NCBI GenBank assembly: GCA_963924565.1 | Contig: OZ004609.1 | Span: forward strand, 24,552,001-24,616,000 | Origin: Ascidiella aspersa | Lineage: Eukaryota | Direction of reading: 5' to 3' | DNA: 64,000 bases | Shown: positions 51,349 through 62,736 of the stretch, in pieces | How positions within the stretch are numbered: the stretch's first letter is position 1 | How the letters are laid out: each line of letters begins with the position of its first letter | Translations under genes and position numbers: made by a program | The notes under the pieces: generated by a model | Seen by the model: only the letters and a program-made list of their open reading frames with translations | The model's database searches: none | What the model was told of the DNA's origin: nothing

Positions 51349-53457
51349 GTAAAATTATCCGGAACTAAATGTTACCGATTTGACGTGTTCACTCATGGTT
51401 TAAGTGTTGTTGTACTATACGTCGCTTTTTTAGCGTTCAGAGTTTCTAATCGTTCGGAAAGCATTAATTAGGACACTTAGGTGTGCACCAGATAGAAACT
51501 GTGAACGGTTAGTATTGCATTCCATTTTTTTTATAGTGAGGTTGAATAGATTTTAGTCACACTAACTGATTGTGCGATACGTGTCGAATCGTCTTTATTT
51601 AGTTGAAGTCGATTTACTTGACCTATTTGGCTTTGACATACATTTTGCAAACTACATTACAGATCTGTTCATATAAAGGAGTTAAAACGCTATGGTGCAA
51701 ATCCGAAGGATTTATGCCTCTGTTCATCCCAAGCATTTTACGCATAGAAGCCGTTAATTTATTAACCGATTTTCTCAAGAACATTGCATTCACGTAGGGT
51801 CTTTCCCCTGTCTTATCATAAAGTGCAAATTCTCTTTCCTAACGAATTACATGCGTATAGCATGTCAATTCAATACAATACACGCTTGTGACTATAGTTT
51901 TGCAGTTGCACGTAGTTTGCCCGCCGAAATACAGTATAGCCATGCCAATATACGTCTGCTTAGGGCCACAGATCGAATTTAAATACTTCGACACCTCTAT
52001 AAACTAAATTTCGTTAATCGCACAATTTTTGTAAACCTCTCTTGGCAGCTTATGAATGAAACTTGAAGATCGCGACTTATGATATACAAGTGGCAATAAA
52101 TTTGTTAAACGAGATTTTCACATTTCTGGTATTTGAGTATTGTTAAAAGTCTTTTAAGGTTGACCAAATTTCACACGTGTATTGGGATTTGGTTTTGTGC
52201 GACTTAATTATAATGGCACGTGCCACATACCGATAATACTCTTCGCCTTAACGGTTTTTTTAATATAAAAGAGACAAGTTGTAAAAAATGTAACAATTTT
52301 TAATGTTTTTGTATTGGTTGTATCATGTAGAAATACCACAGTGTTGGGACACAGCGACGAAAGGGGATTAATTGTAAGTTATTTTCCAGGCTCGGCTACG
52401 TGCCAGTCCTTCTCTGGGCGTTCGTGCTTTCCTTATTTTCGTGTTTTTTGTTCCAAACCAACCAACAATTGTGTGACGTTTTGCTTTTAATCATTCTTTT
52501 AGCATGAATACTTTTTTCCTCATTTTTTCTCCAACGCGTGTATGGGCTTATACCAGACTCGACACGTTGATCCGTGCATTGCTAGTTATTTTCAAAAGTG
52601 CACATTCTTATGTTTTTACTATTATTTGTCACGTTAACCAGACAACGCAGTCTTTATACCACCATCCCTATACGTTTAAGTTATTCTGCGAATTTTGCGT
52701 TGCTTGAAGAGTGTCGATTTGTTTTTGGCAATATGCACAATGTTGTCAGCGTAGCGCTTGGCTTACCAAACAACACCACAAGCAATTAGTAAAATAATGC
52801 TTGGCACACATAGCTACGTTATGCTGCACACCGCTTTAACCAGATTCGTTGTATCGAATTCTGGAGTAGAGTATAAGGACTGGTAACTCCTTGAATGTTT
52901 AATAAATTAAACAGGTTCCTCTAAATACAGACCTGCACAACGTACGGCCATTCGGTCACCACGATAGGTAGTACTGAGGTCAAGGTCTTCCCGGCTATAT
53001 TTTTGCCAACTTTTATCTGCCCGTGTAATTTCTGTTAAATCAGACTTTAAAATCAGTTATTGCGAGCAACGTGCAAATCTCTGCTATAGACCTAATTCGA
53101 TCTACAGTTAAATTCTAAAAGTTTTGCAAGTTTAATCCTTGTTTTACGTCATGTTATGACGTAGCTTTGTAACGTCTTTACAATAAAATTGTCATTCAAC
53201 TTCAGTATGCGGCCGTGTAAATGTTTTTTTTTTCTTTTTGCGGCCCTTGTACCACTTTATTTTGTGCAGGTCTGTCGTTAGAGGTAGCCAGCACTTAACT
53301 TGAGAAATTCAAGCAAAATTCCATTCGACATTTCGATTCGACGACGAATTCGTGAATTTTGCATTGTTGGGTAAATATCGTGCGTTCTGCAATGCACAAC
53401 ACCAAACAAAAGCAGCACAACACAGTATACTGAATTATGTAACCGGCATTCTTGCAG

Positions 53458-53590
53458 CGACGGAGACAGCAAAAGAAAGTCGTTGGTCTCCCGGACCCCG
53501 TCCACCATGGTGACGTCACTAGAATTCCAGCGGTGCCCTGACGCCCGAATGTCCCTCGGAAACGAACGCACTAACTGTATTGAGCTGTGA
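53458..53590 (+). CDS. GNRHR: Candidate terminal exon A of the receptor (C-tail)
   Basis: attcttgcag acceptor. The phase-2 reading gives (S)DGDSKRKSLVSRTPSTMVTSLEFQRCPDARMSLGNERTNCIEL-stop. GC-rich and Ser/Thr-rich. Confidence 0.6.
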
Positions 53591-54645
53591 GTCCCCCCGA
53601 ATGCAAGCTGTCCCGTGTTGAATATTGTTGTCAGTGGCTTTGGTGGCAGTTAATCGGTGTTGCGACCGCGAGGTTTTGCTAGTGTAACATCGCATCGGCC
53701 TTGTACAGACTGTCGATGACCACGACTGATCTGCATTCGAAACCTTCGCGCTTTTGTGTACGCCGTATCACGCGCATTGTTCGTGTTCTGCCTGCTGATT
53801 TGTATGTGACATTTGACGCAATCAAGTATTACCGAGAATTCCGGGCATTGAAGTCCCCTTTTTGTTTTGCACCGTTACGCTGAAATATGCTGACGAACGA
53901 AACGATTTGTTTGGAAAATTTTGTCTTTGCTAAGCTTATAACCTGTTGAAAGGCGATTTGATTTGCAAAAAAATCACTAACCTTATCTACGGACATGACT
54001 TCGTTGTGATTTACGAGGCACGCATGCTGTTGGTATCCGGTGCACGTTACACCTTGCATGTGACACTAGCACTTGTTTCTAGTTTGCCTTACAAGCTTCC
54101 CAGTTGTTTGTGCTTTGCGGTTGTCGTGATTAACCTGTAACGTGAACTTTACTTAACCGGTTCGGCTCACCTGTAACGTCCCAACAAACTACACCTAACA
54201 TGAACTCATAGACTTTCCTCACGAAACTAAAAAGGCCTTAACAAAAATTGTATATGCCGTATTTTTTATGCTCTGGGAATTCATTATATGGAGTGCGCGG
54301 CCTATGATAATTCGGCAACCATGTCGGACGGAAAATAATTAGGGGCTATGTTAAATCACATATTTGGAAAACGCAACAATCTTATCATTTCCTTGAGTTG
54401 AAAAAAAAGATTTCCTAATTTTAGGTGCATTTTTTTAACTAATCGACAGTGTTTGTCGTCCGACATGGAAAACTGCTGATTTGCTGGGAAAAAGGGCGCA
54501 CTTGTTAAGGCTATTCTAAATTAACCTATAGCAAAACAGGGATGCAGCGAAAATCAAAATTGGCCTTCTCCACGCAGCAAATCTGTTTTTTTTTGTTCGA
54601 AACCAAACAAAAACGCGCCCTATAAATGTACTTAAAAACTTACAG

Positions 54646-54892
54646 AAAGGAACGAAGCCATCCACGACCCCTGATACGCAACGAACAGGCTTCGAAGGCG
54701 GGAGGGGCAGCAGAGGAAGGCTGCATCGAACCTCGCAGCAACTTTGACGCGCGCTGCCTAGACGAACGGCCAAACGCAAGCACGCCCGGCTCGGCCCGCA
54801 AAAGCGTCGCCACCGAAATGGTGATTCTGGACGGGGGCGCTGGTAGCGAAAAGGACCACGCCTCGCCCCTAATCACGCGCGATGTACTTTGA
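54646..54892 (+). CDS. GNRHR: Candidate terminal exon B of the receptor (C-tail)
   Basis: cttacag acceptor. The phase-2 reading gives (R)KERSHPRPLIRNEQASKAGG...ARKSVATEMVILDGGAGSEKDHASPLITRDVL-stop, 81 open codons in a GC-rich island. Confidence 0.6.
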
Positions 54893-57800
54893 TCTGAACA
54901 ACCCTTGACGAGCTTCACGTACGCCAGCGCAAGTTCCAGAGAACAACAAGCTCGAAAGTTGTTTTCTTGCTGACTTCTCCAAAGTTTCGTTTCACTGATT
55001 TGGAGGCGGGGAGAAATGCGGATCTACTTCTCGCGGTTGCATTGGTCGTTAGACGCCGCAGACATCCGAATATAGGATATTTTTTTATGCGTCGGCTTGC
55101 ATGTGTTTGCTTATGATTAACCTCAAGCGGCTGTTTTACATTTTTGAGCTAACTCGTCCTATTTCTGCTGCGGAACGCTTCGCAAGTCGTTCTATGCCAC
55201 AGGTATTAAAAAATTTCAAAGACAATGTAAAATCTAATACGAAGGAAATATCGGGACGGTCTGCTTTACCTTGAAAAGTGGGCACCAAATGCGTGGCGAT
55301 TTTCGTTTGCACTGCAGAAAAGGCTTAACTTAATCATTTTCGTCCTATGTGATAAGACTTGGTTCTCGTTCGAGCACTACTACTGCTGCTTTGCGCTGTC
55401 CCGTTGAGTTCACACTGTTGTGTTGCGTTGTCGGTCTTAAGTATTCGTGTATGCACTTGTAATCGTCTCTTCTGTGGTTAGATTTCAATTTTAAATGAAT
55501 CCCTAAAAGTTCCGCGACAAATTCAAACAATGTTATGTTTCTGTTCGCATATTGATTTCATAAAAAATGCCCTGAGAAAGAAAACTAAAACAAAAAGCTT
55601 GAAAGTTTACCTGAGATTTGTTTGAAAAATCAAATTAACGGCCCGCCAGGCCAACATCCATATATGCAACCACCTGAAATAGTGTTTAACATTGAATCCG
55701 CGGCCAAAATTTGTAAATATCGCCAGGAGTCTAACTGTATTTAATTTCTTGCTTTACTTTTTACTTTTGCTTTGCTTTTTATTTTTAAATTAGTGTTCAC
55801 TTTGAAATACTTAAGCAGTGTCAATTTTGGCAAACTCAACGGGTTTTGGTAGTCACGGATATATCACGATTTCTTCTACCTAACGTGAAGCTATGGCGAC
55901 TTCTATACACCTTGCCTCTAGCATAATACAAAATATTTATGTTGAATACCGCAATTAATACGTTTGGACTTACATTTGTGGGCCCATGGTAGGTTGACCA
56001 CAAATTAACAAAAAGGCAGAACAACCGAATTATAAAGAATGTAAGTAGCTTTAAGAATAGGCAAGATCAGCATGCACTATACTCTATAAAATAATATTTT
56101 TTTACAAATGTTGTTACAAGCGACGTTTCTGGCCTTTTGATAAATCAGGCTTAAGCGATTATATGGGCATGTGACGAATGCGTCCAAGGTTTGACGTTGG
56201 TGACGACCTTAGGCCGGTCATTGTGCAAATGTTGCCTCTGAATCGACGCCTACGTTTCTGTGTGTTATTTCCTAACGATAAGCATCCCCCGCCCAACAGC
56301 GTCTTGTACAGTATTTTCGTCGAGGTTGTTTTAAAACCAGTTGCCCGTAACAACGTCTCGCTTAAGTGAAATTAGCCACAAGACATTAAATAGTGCTTGG
56401 CGTGATTTGCGTTTAAGCTTGAAACTACAAATTAAAAAAAAAAACATTAAAGACTGTATTGAAACCAACTCGTAAAAAATATCTTTACTTTTGTAGTAGA
56501 CTAAATACTGTATTTGTTGTGTTGTATTTATTCTTCTGGATTAATCTACTCACAAATAAGAAAAATGTATTCGTTTTTACCTTGCACCAGTTTTGACAGG
56601 CACTCAGAAATAAACCAAAATGACTTAGCGTTAGTCAAAGAGACAAGCCACTAAGACCAATATCTAAAACCGAAATTACTCGCGCAAACAGAATATGAAG
56701 ATAAAAATAGATGTGGTAACATTTCGGCTGACCACCATAACTTAACTTTAACGTTTTTAAAATTTATTAGATTTTATAATTTGTACTTTGTCGGAAGTAC
56801 AAAGGAATCTATCCATTGAGAAATACAGGATAGTTTAGGTTTAGGACTTTGTCAAGGTACAAGGTATAGTTGTTGGCAGACATTAGGATTATCGTGGCAT
56901 TTATAAAGTTCTTATATAATTTATTATTTTTCATTCCGTGTTAAAAATGTACCTGATCCTATAAATTGAAATTCCTCCAGTTCAATCAAATTATTTTATT
57001 AGAAATGGGGAATCTGTGACTCGAAGGTTAAAAAATTTTAAGACTTATTTCAAACTAACCGTAACGATCCTGGTTCCAATCAAAAATCTGTAATGCTCGT
57101 GGTCAAAATTTCAGAGCTTCGGGTTCAACACTAAAGCGAAATCCATCTGGAATTCCTCCAAGTGTTCAAACTCCAACTACTAGATTTGCGTTTTGAGAGA
57201 GCCTTCTTAGACAAAAGGCGACCTGCGTATGAAAGCTATATCTAAGTGAAAATTTTCATAGAATATAACTCTCTAAAATGAAGGTTTCTTCAACTTAATC
57301 CATTTTTTCGTTTTCCGTCTTTTATGATAAACATCAGCAAGAGTTTAAGGAGTATAGGTATATTTTATTTTGTGTGTGCCCAATGTGTCACGTCTCCTTG
57401 TAAAAGAAACGAATTTGCCAATTTTAACCAAACTTTCGCGTGGCCAGCTATTTGAGTTTAAATTGACCCAATTTCGGTTTGGTTGGCGCCTGGTGAAGAT
57501 TAACTACATTAAAGTGCTTAACGGTCACACGTTTTTATCACAAAATTGTTAGTGAAATATGTTACGACCCACCGAAAACTTTGTGAGTTTGGTTTGGCCC
57601 GCAAGTAGGAAAAGGTTTCCGTTAGAAGGGGGCGAAAAAAAGCAAAAAGTTTCATCACCTTTAAAAAATATTAGGCTGGACAGCATGTTGAAATAAACTA
57701 CGTACAGTAGGCCTATAGGCATAAATATATAATTATACCTTACAATCCATATTGCAGTCTTTGAGGATTTAAGTGGCACCCTCATGAAGATCTATTTGTA

Positions 57801-59268
57801 ATCGTATTTCTTCTTACAGTAAATTAAAACTGTCGATATACACTGCAGTCACACCGACCCAAAAGCATAACAACCTTTACCAAACTTGCACTTCCAACGG
57901 ACGTATTCAACTAAAGAAGCGTGGGCGACTGTGGCTCGTTAATTGGTTAATTGATTAAGCTCTGGGTCATATAGTTTTGCTGGTTTATTCCAGGTTGAGT
58001 ACAAATGCATCAACTCAGGAAACCTGTTTAATGAAAGTTGGTTAGAGTGTGCTAATTTCGAGGCCGCATAATAGTTTTTGTTAACGAAATTTTAACGAAT
58101 TTCGGATTGAACTGTCACGAACTATTTACTATTGTTGAAACCTGTTGTTTGAAAAACAAATGCCAATATACGGACATAAACGTTGTAATCTCAAACATTT
58201 TGTGTCATCTCAAACATTTAGGTTAATCTGCCATACCAAGTGGCACCGGGTATCTTATCTACAAAAGAAATGATTTGTTTTAATTAGAACGGGTCTTTTG
58301 TTGTGAGCATTGTACTCGGACTATTTAACTCTAACCTTCGAAAGGCGCAACTTGTTCAGGGTCAGACTTTTTACGGTAACAAAGCCAGTTATAGCGCCCA
58401 ACTTGATTAGTGGCAAACTAATCCTTCGCCCGGAACGGCATAGATTACACGCTTGTTATACTTTTTACGTAGTGGTAAAGTCCACCGCAGAAGCAACCAA
58501 CAAAGCAAAGCTTAAAACACAGGCGTTTCCTGTATTGTTGAAAGCGAAAACCAACAAGAAAAGTGGGGGTTAGTGGTGAGAATAAAATCCGCTGGCAGTA
58601 TCGCGGTGGTTTAGACGAGGCACAAAAGCGCGGGAAAAGGACGCAGATACGGATTTGAATCAAAACAATACTTTGTTATCACAATCAAAACAAAACAAAA
58701 AACAATAACGCTTTGTGCGCACAATAGAAAACCACGTTTTCTCAGTTGAACGCATGAAGCCTCTGGTATTTTGTGCAAAACGTCTCAGGAGTGGTGGTTG
58801 ACACAATAAGCATAGCAAATGTTAAATAGACAGCTTGCGTCTTTTCGCATTTGAGATATCTAGCAGTTTTGGTCAGTATTTCTTTTTTTTAAGAAGAGTG
58901 GAACATGAGTTGTATTGCACGGAACTTTCTTTTAGCAGAGGCCACGCAGATTGCAATAATAGAATATCTATAGAGTTCACCAGGGAGTTGGAATAAAACG
59001 TTCAAGTTAAAAGTAACAAAGGCGGGCTGACGTGTCGAGTAACTTGAGCATATGAATGAAAAATACAGGCGATGGCGCTTCGAGATAAAATATTTTAGCA
59101 AGCTGCATACATGTCAAAAAAGACGCAGGTAAGGAAAAAGCATACATCAACATCTGCTACTTGAATAAAATAAAATTGACAGCACTTTGCAACGCGATAA
59201 GTGACTGCTGAAAGCTGAAACGGCGAACTTCAGGCTGCAGAAAAGGCAATGATGATTGACGGCCGTGT

Positions 59269-60021
59269 TTAGATCCTCTGCAACACCTTTAAACCCTTGA
59301 AGAGCACCTCCGGATGGACAGTGGCGAAGTACTGATGCTTGAGGAAGGAGATTGGTAGAAGACGTTCTCCGGGAGTGAGAACGGCCAGACTATTCACCAG
59401 CTTCGCTTGTTCCAACTCGATCCACAGTTCAAGGGCGGAGTAGGGACTCACGTCGTCCACTCCGACGTCCTCAAGGTCTTCCGGACCCCAGAGGGCGCAC
59501 TGGACGACGTCGATCGCTTCCTGGATGCCGACCGGTGGACTTGCGTCCAGGTAGTGAATGATGTGCTTGATGGCGGAGGAGAACTTGGTTCCGGGAACGA
59601 CAACTCTAGAAACCGAGGAGGCGGCCGATCCCCGATCCCCGGGGCGTCCCAGTCCGCCGGTGCTGGCTACCAGACTCCCGTTGTGAAGAAGCTTCTTAAT
59701 GAGCCTGGCAACCTGTTGGGTATGGGAGAGTCGTTTCGGAAAGGCGTTGTTGTCAGAGTCCGAACTCTGGTAAGCGTCCAGCACTCGGTTGACGTCCTTG
59801 CGTGGAACCGGGTCGTCCGAGTCGCTCCAGTCGAGATGCGGCAGAATCTGGAGGAAACCCCGCTCTTCGGTGATCACAAGGTGCTCGGCGCTGACGCCGG
59901 GAAGATCGAATCCGGAGGAGAGAAGATGCCGCATGCCCTGCAGAAGCTGGAGGACGGTGATGAGGACTTGGCGGTGATATTCGGTCGGCTCTTCCTTAAT
60001 CACAACGCGATCGAGGTGCTC
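59269..60021 (-). CDS. PEAK1: PEAK-family pseudokinase, last exon (C-lobe and C-terminal SHED helices)
   Basis: QVLITVLQLLQGMRHL, VQCALWGP, LELWIELEQAKLVNSLA and QYFATVHPEVLFKGLKVLQ correspond to PEAK1/Pragmin LLQLCxGLEHL, LQCLLWGP, WLDIKRTLLM and QYLA...KILQ. tttttcaaaag acceptor, 753 nt ending in TAA. The symbol denotes the PEAK1/PRAG1/PEAK3 family. Confidence 0.9.
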   Translation of the reverse strand, partial: EHLDRVVIKEEPTEYHRQVLITVLQLLQGMRHLLSSGFDLPGVSAEHLVITEERGFLQILPHLDWSDSDDPVPRKDVNRVLDAYQSSDSDNNAFPKRLSHTQQVARLIKKLLHNGSLVASTGGLGRPGDRGSAASSVSRVVVPGTKFSSAIKHIIHYLDASPPVGIQEAIDVVQCALWGPEDLEDVGVDDVSPYSALELWIELEQAKLVNSLAVLTPGERLLPISFLKHQYFATVHPEVLFKGLKVLQRI

Positions 60022-60627
60022 CTTTTGAAAAATAAACAAAATCGTTTTAAAAAATTCCTACACATTGTCTACGGTGATTCTTACACTGTATTTGTTGTAG
60101 GAGAAGCAGCTTCTTTAACAGTATATGAAAAAGCTAGAGGTCGCTAAAGTATTGCTTACTGCACTGCTGAACTGCATTCATGGTATCGGGTTTGAATCAA
60201 ACTATACAGTTATATTAGTCAGGTGCGGATCTAGGATTTTTGTTTTAGGATTTTTGTTTTTACGAAGCAAGATGTCATAACGAAGTAATCCTAATAAAAC
60301 TACGCAGTTCGCTTATTATGTTAAAATTTTAGGTTGGAGAGGTGTTACTTTCAATAAAAGTGCTATATTACAAAGATATTATCGATTTGCCCAAAGCGAA
60401 AAAAACGCCGTTGTATTGTTAAAGTTGCCAAAACTTTCTTTGTCAAGGGTGAGATGAGACGCACCTTTTAAAAATGGGGTAAGACATAGGCTACTGGATA
60501 ATACTGGAGTGGATACGTAATCGAGAAATCGCGAGAAATTTTTTGAATTTACATAAATAGGCGAAAAAACATTTTTTTGGGGAGTAACATAGCTAGTTTT
60601 TTACTAAAAATAGAACAGCAAACCTAC

Positions 60628-60831
60628 CTGCATGGACTGGTAAGGGCGACTCGAGAGGACCACGCAAAGGGCGTCGGCCGCCCCGCCCCTGGAGTTGGGG
60701 TCGAGCAGGGAACGGGGTACCCTGCAGGGGAAGCTGCTGCAAACCCCGCACGTGTTGGGGTGAGCGGGAAGGGACGCGCAGCTGTCCAGCCTACGCATCA
60801 TGCGATCGTCCACGTCCAGTTGGTCGTACAG
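60628..60831 (-). CDS. PEAK1: PEAK-family pseudokinase exon (N-lobe)
   Basis: LYDQLDVDDRMMRRLDSCASLPAHPNTCGVCSSFPCRVPRSLLDP...LCVVLSSRPYQSMQ resembles PEAK HFNIQQDCGHF.A.VP..LL...VVV.TREVP.QT. cag acceptor, gtaggt donor, 204 nt, phase 0 to 0. Confidence 0.88.
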
Positions 60832-61096
60832 CTGTCAGGAAAAGAAGGTGTTATGAAACAAAATAAAAAAATGTTTGATTTTGCAAAATTAAAACTTAGA
60901 TAACTACAATTTGCAATTTGTCGGAATGAATTAGTCGAGTTAAGGCTTCGAATATAAACAAACAAGCACATATAAAGTTTTTTGTATAGGTTAAACACCA
61001 CTAAAGAAGGTTAACATTAATGCTAAAAGTAGCGACAATAGTTATACAATATATAAATGACCGCTAAAATATGCACAATCACCCGTCCCAAATTAC

Positions 61097-61270
61097 CTGA
61101 CAAGCCAGTTTAAATTGGTTGTTCCCGGTCGATATAGAGCTGTACACAACGCTATTGCCGATCATGCACAACGGACGGTGGCTCTCCAGCGCTACGTCAG
61201 ACCATGACGTAATGAGAAATCCCCCGACTGGGAGCTTGTTTCTCCACTCTGACAACCATCTCTCGGTGAC
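61097..61270 (-). CDS. PEAK1: PEAK-family pseudokinase exon (start of kinase fold)
   Basis: VTERWLSEWRNKLPVGGFLITSWSDVALESHRPLCMIGNSVVYSSISTGNNQFKLACQ resembles PEAK1 SWSDFRLTSDKPCCEAGDAVYY...YAVK. cag acceptor, gtaatt donor, 174 nt, phase 0 to 0. Confidence 0.88.
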
Positions 61271-61338
61271 CTGCGAGTTAAAACAAGACATTGGGTTTAA
61301 ACAGGAAATTTATATACAATTGAATTGATAGTCTAGCA

Positions 61339-61867
61339 CAGTGGTTCTTAAACTTTTTTTACAGTGGAACCATAATTCTTTTTTTTCGCTTTGCCTGGAC
61401 CAAGGTCGGCATGAAAGTTTTAGAAATGTCGTCTTATATTGATAATAAATTGCAAAGCCAAAAAGGTCGAGTAGATCGACATCATCTTGATTAAGACGTT
61501 TCGATACGAGCTTGTATCATCTTCAGTTAATGTGACTGAGAAGCAATTCAAGCATTTCTTATATGAGATGGGACGCAATTGTTATCAGTCTGAGTTTCGA
61601 AAGTAGGAGCATAATTTAGCACCTTCAGGTGTTGAACACGTCTTATATTAATGTCATAATGCAAATAGACTTCAAAAATACGCTGCTCCGTCCAAAAAAA
61701 GGTGAAATTGAAATGGAGTCTATATACATTCATTGCAAAAACTTTTTATTTTTAATTAAACTGTTTTTTTGAAAAATCACAATTAATACATTAAAATTTG
61801 AAATATGCCTTCGTGGACCCCCCAAAACTAGTCCACGTAAGGGGGATCCCCAGTTTAAGATACCCTG
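61339..61867. mobile_element. hAT (Buster/Charlie-like) MITE in a PEAK intron
   Basis: TIRs cagtggttcttaaac and gtttaagataccctg. Perfect 8-bp TSD GTCTAGCA (61331-61338 and 61868-61875) with the central TA typical of Buster-family targets. Confidence 0.88.
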
Positions 61868-61893
61868 GTCTAGCAGCATAAAAAAATAATCAC

Positions 61894-62041
61894 CTTGCGC
61901 AGTGTCTGGGCATTGAGTGAAACTAGAGTCCTGTATTTCTTCCGCTGGTGGGTTTGATAGGCAAGATCCACGGGCGCCGTCTGGCGTCTACTTTGTTTCT
62001 GATTCCGTCGCCTGTGGGGGGCCAGCTTACTCGCTCGTTTT
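61894..62041 (-). CDS. PEAK1: PEAK-family pseudokinase exon (N-terminal SHED helix)
   Basis: KRASKLAPHRRRNQKQSRRQTAPVDLAYQTHQRKKYRTLVSLNAQTLRK, whose end resembles PEAK1 IRSLHTDALKKL. tttttcag acceptor, AAG|gtgatt donor, 148 nt, phase 2 to 0. Confidence 0.82.
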
Positions 62042-62532
62042 CTGAAAAAGTATATTTTTACCGTACACCGTATACTACTTGTTTTATGTGTGCCCTGTAA
62101 CGTTTTTATACTGGGAAAACGTGAGCGCTTCGTTAAGTATGAAACTACGAATATCGTGTATTTTTCCCCCAAATTACCCTTCGGAGTGCACAAAAATAAA
62201 CCGCGCAAAAACATTTGAGATTTGTGTCCTTTTATGCGCAAAGTATGTCATTTATTAATGTAAATATGCCTAAGTGTCCCAACTATATGTTACGCTTTTT
62301 GGCGATGTTATCTTCTGTGCGAAGTTCCGAGCAATATTCGGCTTTAAAAAGAGGAATTAGGGCGATACACAAAAGTAAATGGTCGTTAGCTGCCTGAGAA
62401 CTTTCTTATTATAATTTGTTTTCCTTGTGCTTTTTCTGCGATTTTATTCATTCATAAAAAAAAATATTACAAAACCTTGACAGGAACGTCCGCATAAATG
62501 CTAGCTTTCTCATTAACTATCTTTTGACTTAC

Positions 62533-62736
62533 TTCTCCTTCTCCGGTTGGTTACTCTTGGGTGTTCCGTCCTCGTTGATGTTGTAGTAGGTGCTCTTCGG
62601 GTCCGGGTTGTCGACGAAGATCGAGGGATCCGACTTGGACCTTCTCGGCGAAACGACGCGAACTGGCCGCCGGGGGGCGATAGAGTCGCGTAAGGTGCCT
62701 TTGAGTTTCGCGAAAGTACCTCGTTTCATCGCAGAT
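62533..62736 (-). CDS. PEAK1: PEAK-family pseudokinase exon (disordered region); gene probably continues to the right
   Basis: SAMKRGTFAKLKGTLRDSIAPRRPVRVVSPRRSKSDPSIFVDNPDPKSTYYNINEDGTPKSNQPEKE. cttttag acceptor, AA|gtaagt donor, 204 nt, phase 2 to 2, fits the next exon. Confidence 0.8.

Noticed and set aside
52390-52507. Acceptor followed by hydrophobic readings (ARLRASPSLGVRAFLIFVFFVP or RLGYVPVLLWAFVL) as a displaced TM6
   Set aside because: There is no WxP motif, it lies after TM7, and the hydrophobicity is explained by T-rich intronic sequence.
57921-57990. Possible tRNA or SINE head (A-box-like tggctcgttaattgg)
   Set aside because: No convincing B-box or cloverleaf is visible.
59407-60147. 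246-aa plus-strand ORF
   Set aside because: It is the antisense shadow of the GC3-rich PEAK last exon, has a non-ATG start and shows no recognisable motifs.
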